Origin: Oopsacas minuta
Taxonomy: Eukaryota; Animalia; Porifera
Direction: 5' to 3'
Length of the DNA: 64,000 nt
NCBI GenBank assembly: GCA_024704765.1
Contig: JAKMXF010000310.1
Coordinates: 869,999-933,998, forward strand
Shown here: piece after piece, positions 48,701 through 59,600 of the stretch
Layout: the number at the start of each line of letters is the position of its first letter
How positions within the stretch are numbered: position 1 is the first letter of the stretch
The notes under the pieces: model-generated
Database searches by the model: none
What the model was told of the DNA's origin: nothing
Seen by the model: only the letters and a program-made list of their open reading frames with translations
Made by a program: the position numbers and the translations under genes

Positions 48701-49181
48701 ACTAATATATACTACAACCAATGAGTTTTTGAATGTTATCGTAAGTTCCAATATAAATTTGTCACGTAAATCACTCTGTGGTATTTGCAACATCTACAAG
48801 TATAATAAAGTAGAGGTTACTTATATATAGCTCAGCTCTACTAGAGCACAGTTTTTTCTCTATTGAATTTTTATTGGTTTTGAACTAACACCTCCCGACT
48901 TTGACTAACACCTTCCGGTTTTCTGATTTTCTATTAGACAAAAAACTGTGCTCTACTATAGCTCAGCTTTATATAAGTACTCCCAATAAAGTATCACTTG
49001 TATTTACTAATTTGGTATTTTCTACATACAACCCGAGGACTACTAACCCTAGTGCCGGAAGGGGACTTCTGACCCAAAAGGAGGACTACTGACCCTAGTG
49101 CCAGAGGTCCGGGGGACATATCACCCTAGTGCCACAAGTCCGGGGGGACAGCTCACCCGGGGGACCACTGCCCCTCTGACA
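45771..49181 (-). mobile_element. Ginger1/GIN-type DNA transposon, copy B (3411 bp), inverted near-identical copy of A
   Basis: Reverse complement of 3776-7230; flanks CCGG (45767-45770) and CCGT (49182-49185). Confidence 0.92.
46061..48643 (-). CDS. Spliced Ginger1 integrase-Ulp1 gene, copy B; 2-bp deletion at ~47152 shifts the frame after GPY; Ulp1 exon intact
   Basis: Same exons as copy A; GGGAAGGGTTTACAAG vs GGGAAGGGAGTTTACAAG in A; intact 197-aa protease ORF 46061-46654 with HW, YDS and QSGGTDCG. Confidence 0.85.
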
Positions 49182-49312
49182 CCGTATTGTACAGGTTACC
49201 TATAAATTCCAGACCCTAAGCTGTTTAGTTTGTACTGTGGTATAATGAGGAATATAATATTAGTATTTCTAATATTTGTAGGCACAATTATAGTATATAT
49301 CTATATTGTATA

Positions 49313-50834
49313 ATGGCAGAGAAGTTAGCAGACTCAGAAGGGAGAGAGGACTTGGTCTACATAAAGGCAGAGGATGGTAGCTACAGAGGCTGGAGGGTTG
49401 ATTTGTTGATAGACAAGTTATCCAACAAAATGGAAGAGAAAATATTGTTATGTAGCAATTGTAGAGGAATGTTAAGAGATGCTTGTGTCTATGAAGGAGA
49501 TTTGAAGTGTGGTGTGTGCATTCCTGAGGGTGTAGCATGGCAACCAGTAAAGATGAACCGTGAAAGTGTCTCCGATAAAATGGTAGTTTATTTGTTGTTA
49601 GTTACAAGTGTTTGTTTGTGTTTACAGATGAGTTATTTATTTGTAGATTAGTTGTCCCCTGAAGAAGAGAGGGTGTGAATGGAGTGACAGAGTGAGTACA
49701 GTAATACACCACCTGGCAGAATGTGAGTTCTTTCCTGTACTGTGCCCTCTGGGTTGTGTCTGTCTAGATGGAGAGAGGAAAGGGAAAGTTATGAAACTAG
49801 AGAAGAGACTGATTGCAGAACACGAGAGAGACTCGTGTCCATTAAGAGAACTGGTGTGCGAATTCTGTGTGAATAAAGTGAAGACCTGTGAGATGAATCC
49901 TCATTTAGAAATATGTGAGCACTTTCCAGTTCCTTGTCCTAATAGATGTGTGATGGAAGGAGAGGAAGGTACCAGACAATTGAAAAGGAGAGATATTCCT
50001 GTCCATCTAGCTAATGAATGTCCTCTACAGAAAGTAGAGTGTCCTTATTGGGTCTATGGGTGTAGAGAGGAGATGGAGAGGAAAGAGATGGATCTTCATG
50101 AAAGAGAATTCATGCATATTCACTACAGATTATCAATGTCTGATATGAAACTGAAACAAGTTGAAACTTCTAAACTATTGCAGGACAAACTTGACAAAGC
50201 AACCGAGAGAATAGCATTGTTAGAAAATGAGAATGAAAGTAAACCCAAAGATCTATTAAAAGTTAAACATATGGAAAGGAAACTGGCCACAGCAAATACC
50301 AAAATCGAGAATTTAGAGAAACAGATTAATGAGAAGGATTCAGAACTTAAATCAATTATTGAAGTACTCCATTCACATTCATCTCTATCTACAGGACAAT
50401 TGGAATGGAAGATTAAAGGTGTTAAACAGAAGATACAAAACAAAGAGAATACTTACAGTGATCAATTCTATGTAGGATTATACAAGTGTCAGGGGTATAT
50501 TCAATGGAATTCTGATAATACAGGTAAAGTAGGTTTTTTCATTCATATTATGAAAGGAGATTATGATGATAAACTACACTGGCCTATCAGATACAAATTA
50601 ACGTTTATTCTACTCAATCACATTAACAAAAATAATAATTATGAATTAACTAGTCAAATATCTAAGGAATACTTGGAGAAATATCCTAATCGCTTAAAGA
50701 GACCTACTGAGCTGAGAAATGAAGGTTTAGGAATTAGTTTATTCCTTTCAAACACTGAAATATTAAAAGCTAAATATTGTAAAGAAGACAACATAACTCT
50801 TCTAATTAAAATAGAATTGTTACCAGCATTATAA
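49313..50834 (+). CDS. TRAF-family protein (degenerate RING, TRAF zinc fingers, coiled coil, MATH); one intron 49583-49646
   Basis: Splicing gives KM|ISCPLKKRGCEWSDRV; H-x3-C-x6-C zinc fingers; MATH LEWKI...FYVGLYK...IMKGDYDDKLHWP. Confidence 0.9.
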
Positions 50835-51713
50835 CTTATTTAAATTTTTGTTTACTATTTACTCGAACGTATTTACCTGCACATTAGTATAGATTGTGAG
50901 TAATGCTTTATACAATTGTTTCACCTATTTTGAGTATGAACTTTTTCTATTTCTTTGCCCCATAGCTCCATTACCTGTCGTCTGGTACCAGTATAAACCT
51001 CCATTAATACTGGTACACATTAAACGCCTGTGGCATCAAGCTCCTCCATATGATAGTACACAGTTACCTCCAGTTACATCTAAGGACTGATAAAATTCCT
51101 TTGATATATGTGTAGTTGATTGTACAATATGAATATTTGTATATTTTGTTAATTTGCAGGGAAGAATTCTTCATGACTTCTATGGGAAGCTTACAAATGG
51201 TGATAAGATAGAGTAAATTCACCCTAACAATAATTCTATCAACTTAACTAAACTAATAATATTCCTTTTCTACAGTAATATCCTTCCTTCTCATAGAACA
51301 GATAACAATTACATTATCCATACACAAATACACTTATCTAAGAATAGTATCAGAACAGCTTTTCCCGCTAAGAACCATTATTCTGTTACAGTGATTCTCA
51401 AAGGGGTCCACTTGGCTCCCCTGGGTTGGAATATCAGGTCCATCGGGAGGAATTTTGGCCAGGGGATGAATTAGGGAGGATTATGTTTAAGGATTATCCA
51501 CCAGGTCTAATGGGTCACTGAACACTCAAAATAGGTTCACCTGGTCAATTAATTTCGACTTGACCGGGTTCAGAACTTGGACTATATTTCTATTATGATT
51601 AAACCTCGATTTTTTCATTTAATTTCTGAGGATCAGGCCAAAGGTTTTCAATGAAATTATATAATCCGAATCGATGATAGATTCTAATCTTACATATTCG
51701 TAAGGCATTAGTC

Positions 51714-51815
51714 GATCTTGTTAAACAAGATCGCGATCCTGATCTTAGCTGAAATTATGATCGGCGATCCCGATCAAGATCCTTATTTCAAAAACGATCG
51801 CGATCATTTCCGATC
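51714..51815. repeat. GATC-dense cluster
   Basis: 11 GATC sites in ~102 bp (counted by eye). Confidence 0.8.
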
Positions 51816-52718
51816 GTTTGTGTAATATTCAAAACATATTTTTGATAGTTTCATCCAGGCGTATGCAACGCGCCTACAGGCGCATGAATTTCAGCGAATA
51901 TAGATCTAGGCGCGTCAAAATTAGAGCAAGACCCCCATACCATAATAATATATGTATACTCTAGGCGCGCGGAAAACTGAGGGGGAAATTTAAGGCGTAT
52001 GGTTCATAAATGCTGCATGAAACCCTGGTTACATCATTTCTTATGCCAAAAGAAACATAGATGGAGAATCAACGCATTCTACGAACGAATTCGAGATTTC
52101 GGGATTAAGCATTCTTAACAATAAAAAGAGGTACATTAGTGTAATTGTACCAAATATATACCAAGTGGCATCGTGCTATATGTGCTTGTGGGACCCGGGC
52201 CCCCAGAATATTCTCTCAACTCCCACATCATTACTCCAAGGGAACAGAAAAATGTCAACTCTCCGGGCTAATTGCAAATCAAAAGTTATTTCTTGCGATG
52301 TGTTTCACTCCTGGACCTTACTGATTGTTTACAGCGCCGATAGACCCTCAAACAGAACTTGTTGCACACTAGATTGAATTTGTGCACTCCCCAGATTTCA
52401 AAGTCACACGACACCACTGTATACCTTAGAATACGTTATTATACACTCCAATAATGATTACACTCATTTAACATTTAAGTTTGGTAGACTCAAGCATCCC
52501 TGGTCCAAAATCTATAATCGGTTGTGAGGCTTGCGTGTTCGCATGGGATCAGCACTTCGTGCCCCGAATTAAGTCAAGCATAAAATTGCAATATGGACTT
52601 AATAAATAAATATTTCTACTATTCGTAAAATATATTTACTTATGAGAAACTGGAAATGTGAAATTCGTACTCAGCGTACTTATTTACCCCATTATAGCCG
52701 TTAAGAGTAAGTCTCTAT

Positions 52719-55700
52719 CGTGACCTACGTTATAATAAGGCCTGTTCACTAGTGCGATTTTTGGACCATGGATGTCGTTTAAGTCCATTAAATTTTATTT
52801 CAAATAATTATGTATTTGATGTTATTCACCCAAATCGTGAACTTAAAATTGTTCTTAAGCGATTTTGAAGACCATGGATGCATTTAAGTCCTTATTTTTA
52901 CAATAAATGTTATAGTTAGAGAAAATTAACTAAAATGTGAATCCATGAGATAAAATATTATTGGGTTTAATACTAAGCATATTTCAAATAGTGAGTGCCT
53001 GATAATAGTACAAAACAATAAAAGATACGTATATGAAGTGGTATGTGATAAGTTAATTAGGCTTCAATTTCTTTAATTTTCGAGTATTTTCGACACACAG
53101 TTTCAAGGGTAGCTGGGAATTCATGCTCTTAATCTTATTTGATATAAGACAGTTTGAAGTAGCGGTCAATAGTTTAGCTAATACATCCCATATGAGTGTA
53201 CCACATTCGTCACACAGCACTCTCCATACTTCAGCTTGTTCATCTTCTATAAGACTTGTTGTTAACTGTATCAGGATACTTCTAGAAGGACCGGTTATAA
53301 AGTTATTGATGATGCTTGGTTGACTCTCGATAGAATAGAATACTTTCCATAGCGTAATAATTGCATCTATGACATCACTACTTGGCCATTTTAGTGAGCC
53401 TCGGTCGATTATCTGAATTAATCGATATTCAGAATCTGAAGGTTCTTCAATTTCCATTTCTTTGTTTTCATTGAGGAATAAGGGACATGATTGACATTTA
53501 GTAGAATGTTTGTGATAGGCATGCACTGAGTAGCCTGCTATAAAGGAGAGTGATTGGAGTATTTGCTTGTTTAATTCTATTCCTGAATATCCCTGAATCG
53601 CCGAGAGATACATCTCCAAGCTGAAAGACGCATGGGAGTCTTGGTCACAAGAGGATGAGCACGATTCTAAGAAGTTCTTAAGTGATATGCTATCTTCTAC
53701 AAGCTTTTTCGAAAATAATTTGAGTATGCTGGACAACTTTATTCTCCGTTCTGTTTCAAGGGCCTGGCAATAGCTAATGTGGTATTGTGCTCCTGACATC
53801 ATCCTATACAAGCCAAAATGATGCTCAAGTGGATCATTTTGCAAGAACGAAGAAAGGACGTACGAATAGCCACAATTTCCAGCCAGATGGTTTACAATGC
53901 ACGGGAGTGCAATACAAGAGTGACGGAAACTTGTAAAGGTTTGAGGACTTAATTTACCTCTTTTGTCAGGCATGACTCGCCAACATTCAGCCCAATCAAC
54001 TACACGTTGAAGGAACATAAATCTGGTATCATTGTAGGTAAGTGGAACTGAAAATTCATCTTTGTGAAGGATACCCTTGTTCGGAGTATTGATGTTGAAT
54101 ATCTTCCAAACATTACAAATAATGGCGATAATGTCTGCAGTCTGTGAATTTGTAGAAGTGTGGTATCGCGATTGGTAGCTAACGTTTAATGCAGCGGCTG
54201 TAGATTCATCAAATATCCTTAAAGCTAAAGAAACATTTTGTCGTTCTAAAGTGGAAGGCCAACAAGCTTTAGAGGTTAATCTTGGAGCTAATTTAGCAAC
54301 AGAGTGTTGGTCACTTTTATATAATTTGTGAATTTCTTCGAAAACTGCAGTGCTCGCAACTTGTATGTTCTCAAAATCTGGATAAGTGAATGTTTTATTA
54401 TAATCTATTTGGTTTAGCCAGTTATTACGTATCGATTTGATTATATGAACGAAGTCAAAAAGCAAAAACAATGGCCGGTTTGAGTCCATAGGGTGAGGAA
54501 CAATATGCTCTAGAAGTCGGCTGGGAGAAAATAACTTGAAAATGTTAACGTTCATCGGGTAATTATCAGTGCATAAAACGTGTACAGAAAGTCCACATGC
54601 TTCAACATCACGAATAACATCTTTGATGATAGGAAAGAGTACCTCAGCAGATGAGCTGGAACAGGGCAGTAAACGGACAATACTGGACCATCGTTTGGAC
54701 GAACTTGATATCATGAAGGCAAAAACGGTTTTTGCAGGATCAGTAGGATTCAAAGAAGATCCAATTAACTTACCTCCTTTGTATGTAAATGTGGATTTTA
54801 CATGAATTTCATCCATCTGAATCACTACATTTCGTTCCCATTTGTTAAACTGAGTGACTGATTGTTTGAGATAGTTGGTAAACTCAGAATCCAAACCAAA
54901 ATTGGAATATAAGCGCTTTAGAGTAGAAAGGTGCGGCAATGATAGACAGTCCAGGGATTGAAGATATCTATAACAAACTGGCGAGATAAGCTGGCATATG
55001 AGGGACAAGACAAGAGTTTCGATGTTGTATCGCCTCATAGTTTTCGCGATCAAAGCGTTATCCAATTGGCATAGAATAAACTGAAGACTTGATAATAGAG
55101 GCTGTTGATTTCCAGATTCTTCTCCAGTTGAAAGGGAGTCAATAGCTTTACGAATGCTTCCGGTTGCTTCTCTGACATGGTGTTGGAATGTTTCAGGAGA
55201 ATTAGTAAGGGCAGAATGGTTTTCAATTTCTTTAAGCAAATCGTTAAGTTGACGAATATCATTTATCTGAGTGAGAGAAAGAGGAATGCGTATACCTTCG
55301 TAGAAACCCATAGTATGTAATGTTTCGGTAATAGTTAACGAGCATCTAATTGCAATCAAACTGTTATTCGTTATAGAAGGTTTGAGTAAATTAAAGGAAT
55401 TATCATCAGAAGACCAAACTAACCAATGATTAGGCAAACCCGAGTGCTTCGTTTTGGATACCAAGTCTTCCAGTGTAGTAATCTGAAAAAGTTCTTGGTC
55501 TTGGTTATACTGTAATAGACTCTCATTTATTGCAGTATCAATCAAATGCTGTTCTCTCAAAGATCTATCAAATCTCGGAGGTATGGTGTTAGATGACGAA
55601 GAGAGATGAAGTGGACATCCAGGTAGAAATCTTGGCACTGCATCCTTCTGCAATTTAGGCTTAGCTGGTACTTCTAAGTATGTTCCATCTGGTTGATGGA

Positions 55701-56342
55701 TAGAAAAACTGGTCTGAATTTCTTCGTCGAGGAAATGTTTTGACCACACAAACACATTCTTTAAGTCTCTGATACCTTCTCTACAGAGCGCTCGATGCCA
55801 ACGATTGACAAGATCAGGTGGACCATTTGGCAACTTAAAGACTGGAGTATAAGGTTCTCCTGCGTAATTACTCCGACATCCGGGGGCAGAACACCTGTTG
55901 GGCATGACAAGCTAATTGAAACTATAAAAAGGAGAAATCGAGAGGTAGATTAAAGAAATGCACATAACTGATAGAACAGGGTGGAGAGCGGCATTACAGA
56001 GATAAAAGCTAAGTTGTCTAAACAACTTAGGATAAAAGTACAAGAGGACAAGGTACAACGGGTAGTGAGCACGTAAATGTATTGTTTCAATAAATTGAAT
56101 GTAACAAAAAGGTTGATTCATAAATTAATATAAATATTATGGGTTTCTAAGAAATACTTTTTTACAAGCCTTCAACGACATCCATGGTCTTTAAAATCGC
56201 CTAAGAACAATTTTTAAGTTCACGATTTGGGTGAATAACATCAAATACATGATTATTTGAAATAAAATTTAATGGACTTAAACGACATCCATGGTCCAAA
56301 AAATCGCACTAGTGAACAGGCCTTATTATAACGTAGGTCACG
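52719..56342 (-). mobile_element. P-element/THAP9-like DNA transposon (3624 bp)
   Basis: ~163-bp TIRs (52719-52880 and 56179-56342) starting CGTGACCTACG; 8-bp TSD GTCTCTAT/ATCTCTAT (7/8). Confidence 0.88.
53053..55905 (-). CDS. THAP + P-element transposase, 950 aa, uninterrupted
   Basis: THAP (C5, C10, W54, H57); catalytic MDEIH, CTDN, DPLEHHFG; FDFVHIIKSIRNN motif. Confidence 0.92.
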   Translation of the reverse strand: MPNRCSAPGCRSNYAGEPYTPVFKLPNGPPDLVNRWHRALCREGIRDLKNVFVWSKHFLDEEIQTSFSIHQPDGTYLEVPAKPKLQKDAVPRFLPGCPLHLSSSSNTIPPRFDRSLREQHLIDTAINESLLQYNQDQELFQITTLEDLVSKTKHSGLPNHWLVWSSDDNSFNLLKPSITNNSLIAIRCSLTITETLHTMGFYEGIRIPLSLTQINDIRQLNDLLKEIENHSALTNSPETFQHHVREATGSIRKAIDSLSTGEESGNQQPLLSSLQFILCQLDNALIAKTMRRYNIETLVLSLICQLISPVCYRYLQSLDCLSLPHLSTLKRLYSNFGLDSEFTNYLKQSVTQFNKWERNVVIQMDEIHVKSTFTYKGGKLIGSSLNPTDPAKTVFAFMISSSSKRWSSIVRLLPCSSSSAEVLFPIIKDVIRDVEACGLSVHVLCTDNYPMNVNIFKLFSPSRLLEHIVPHPMDSNRPLFLLFDFVHIIKSIRNNWLNQIDYNKTFTYPDFENIQVASTAVFEEIHKLYKSDQHSVAKLAPRLTSKACWPSTLERQNVSLALRIFDESTAAALNVSYQSRYHTSTNSQTADIIAIICNVWKIFNINTPNKGILHKDEFSVPLTYNDTRFMFLQRVVDWAECWRVMPDKRGKLSPQTFTSFRHSCIALPCIVNHLAGNCGYSYVLSSFLQNDPLEHHFGLYRMMSGAQYHISYCQALETERRIKLSSILKLFSKKLVEDSISLKNFLESCSSSCDQDSHASFSLEMYLSAIQGYSGIELNKQILQSLSFIAGYSVHAYHKHSTKCQSCPLFLNENKEMEIEEPSDSEYRLIQIIDRGSLKWPSSDVIDAIITLWKVFYSIESQPSIINNFITGPSRSILIQLTTSLIEDEQAEVWRVLCDECGTLIWDVLAKLLTATSNCLISNKIKSMNSQLPLKLCVENTRKLKKLKPN

Positions 56343-56670
56343 ATCTCTATAATATATTTTAGAATTTCAACTATTTATTTATTGTACATACATAAAAACA
56401 ACAATAAATTTACATATGAGGCATTCAAAAATGCGAAATTAGGAATTAGCCTACTTCGTGACCACATTATACCAGTTAACAGCAAACAGCCTAACCCTGG
56501 CTGCCTTGTATGAATAAGTAAATATATATCATATTCTATATTCGAATTTAATAGAGAGTTGCTGAATAAGGACTAATAGAATTGGTTAATCCATAAATAC
56601 AGAGAATATAATAATAATATGTTAATAGAAAAAATAAATAATACAATGAAAAATAGTTATACGGAGTATA

Positions 56671-59600
56671 TTAATAAGAGCAGGTATTGAAGTGTACGTG
56701 GTAAGCTTCTGAATGCTGCTGTAAGTCAATCAGAGCTGAGTTCCATACTACATCTCGAATACATCCACTAAAGAAAAAACATTTTTATTGTTTAAATAGA
56801 AGAAACGTATATGTTTAACTTAATTCTAGCATTTTGGCTAGAAACGTGACAATTATTAGGTGATATGACAAGCTTGGTAAATGTTGTTGTTGTTGTAACT
56901 ATTGTTTTGCTAAACTGGATTAGAACAAAGATACTTGAAGCATGGTATTTAAATACTTAGTGAAATATGATACATGAGACATCGTCTAATAAATAATGTC
57001 AATAACAGAATGATCAGTTCTCCATATTGTTATATTAATAATTATATTCGATACTACAAGGATTTCTAGGGTTCCTGTGGGGATTCCCATAGAAATCCTG
57101 TGGGAATGGGAATTGAAAATCCGTTCCCATGGCAACCGTGGTAATTTCTAACCTAAATACTTGCTCATCCAGGATACCAGTCTGAACCAGCTCGTCTCCT
57201 AAAACAAGCTTGCTAGAGTCGAAGATCTGTGTTGCAGTAAGTAACAATACAGAATTCGATCCATCTACTGTCAAGGAAATGGAGAGAGAAGTTTCATCAA
57301 ATTCCAATTCGATTGTATGCCACATAAGATCCAAGTTTATCTATAAATAATTGGAGTAATAAAGTAACTAAGAAGTCCATTCATCAGTGATCATAATGAT
57401 GCAAACATGTAGTAGCATTAGAACAAATGGCTAACTTCCCAGTGAGTAAGAAGAATAGCAAATACTAACAGTAACAAATATAAAGCCTTAAAACTTAATC
57501 AGAACTAATTTTGGAAGCACCAAATCCATTTTTCTGGATACACATTTCGAGGTCTGAATAAAATACATTATTATAGGAAATTAACGCGATTTGGAGAAAA
57601 TCGAATTAATTTCCTATAATTCAGAAAGAGTAGTATCCTCTTCATTATAACTTGAATAATGTAGAAGCTTCCCAAATTGAGATAATCGAATGGTAATAGA
57701 TTAATGGAATTAATAAACTGAGAATAAGGATCTGGTCTCTACGTAAGAACCGGCCGACACCGGATCCATGGGTGTAGCTACGAGGGGGCCTGACCCTCCA
57801 AATTACAGTTCTCAGGTACACCCATGACCAAATCTGTAGTATTCTACTCAAAACTCACAGCACTCCGTGTAGAGAGAGAAATATTGTTGTTTCCACTGTA
57901 AGACAGTAACACTGATTCTTCGTATATCTTTAGACTGAATGTTTCCTATTAAAATACAATATAAATGAAATTTCAAATTGATTGAACAATCATCGAAACA
58001 ATCATTGGTGCATGAGATAGGATATATACGTATATACTTACTAAGTCAATCATTTTAGTACTGAGACAAATTTGTATGTACGTATATACATACAAATGTG
58101 GCTCAGTACTAAAATAATTAGTTTAGTCGACTCAGTAAAAATAATCAAGCTTCACGAGTCACGACTCAATGTTATGACCAATTACCGACATTAGAATAAA
58201 TAGTAAAAGTTCTCTGTTTCTAGTTATTAACTCAAAAACACAACATATGTTTTCAAGGGTTAATGTCTCTAATTTCCACCTTTAAATAATGAAATATTGG
58301 ATAATTAGGTAGTATTGGTAGGCTATGGTTATACATCTTGCAGTTTTGCAACTAGAGTCAGCTCCAGCGACGAGACTACAGGTTCCTGAGCAAATAATTA
58401 TATAATTAGAAAGAATATACTTTTAAATTCATTTTCCGATTAAGAAATTTTTCATTAAATGAGGAAATATACATACAGTGAAACTTCTTAATAGCAAATC
58501 GTTGCTAATACGCGAATTTGCTATTAGGTAGATTAATTAACCAACAAAACTGCAAACCATGTCCATGATAATAGTTAGAAACTATCGAAATTTGATATTA
58601 GACGAATTGTTTAAAAAAAGATAAAATGTTTGTCATAAATATTCTGAGTCAATATTACTACTATGTTATTATGTATAATCCGAGAAATCTAGAGTACACG
58701 TACACTATACAAATATGAAAACTGAAAACAAATTGGCCTGACATTACTTCATGGTTCAAATCATTTTTAACACTTTCATACCTTGATTAATCATATTTTG
58801 ACACCTTTTTTGGTAAATTTCAAATTAATGCTAGAGATTTGCTTTCAACAATTGCACTGCTTTAATCAGTGATGCTGACTTCAAATTTACCATTTACAAG
58901 CCCTTATTTTACAAATCTCAGGATTAATGATGTTTAATTTATATCACAACCTCAATGTATTTAAAAGGTGTGAATAATCCGCTCACATATTTAGATACAC
59001 CTATACATATATATATGATGCTATTTATACTATTCTACAAAAGTTGTGTAATCGGTGTGCAATCTATCGAGAAGAAGGCTAGATAATAACTATATACGTA
59101 CAGTAGTCACTCAAAAGTACAGAAAAATCAAAATCTAAGAGGTGTGCCTCGGGTTGGGAGGTTCCCCCTAGTTACCGAGTGCCTATAAATTTATTGAATA
59201 TTCATGTCAAAAATTTTGCTCAATTCGAGGCACGAAGTACCGAGCATACACGAACAAAAAGTGTTCGCAAACCGCGCTAGTTAGAATTAAGTCCGTGGGA
59301 ATGTAACACATTAGAAGCAGGTTTGCTAAATATTTCTTTTCAAATAAAAGTTAGAATATTTAATATAATATACATCGTTAGAAAACCCGCTTCGAATGAA
59401 TATTGAAGGACAAACCTGCAATTCTGTAGAAAAAGCCGTCCTGGTGAGGTAAGCTAATCTGGAGTTGGCGAGTTGGTGTGAAATCTCAAGAGAAAGAGAA
59501 AAAGATGGAGCCGAAGGAAGAGACTCGAAGGAGATGAAGGAGTAGCCATACAGTTGTACAGTACTATGAGCACAGCCATATTGCACAGATTTAAGAATTG

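Noticed and set aside
57645-57851. 68-aa ORF inside the EGF/LamG gene
   Set aside because: It overlaps a GC-rich MITE-like segment (GGGTGTAGCTACGAGGGGG) and lacks LamG features; treated as intronic.
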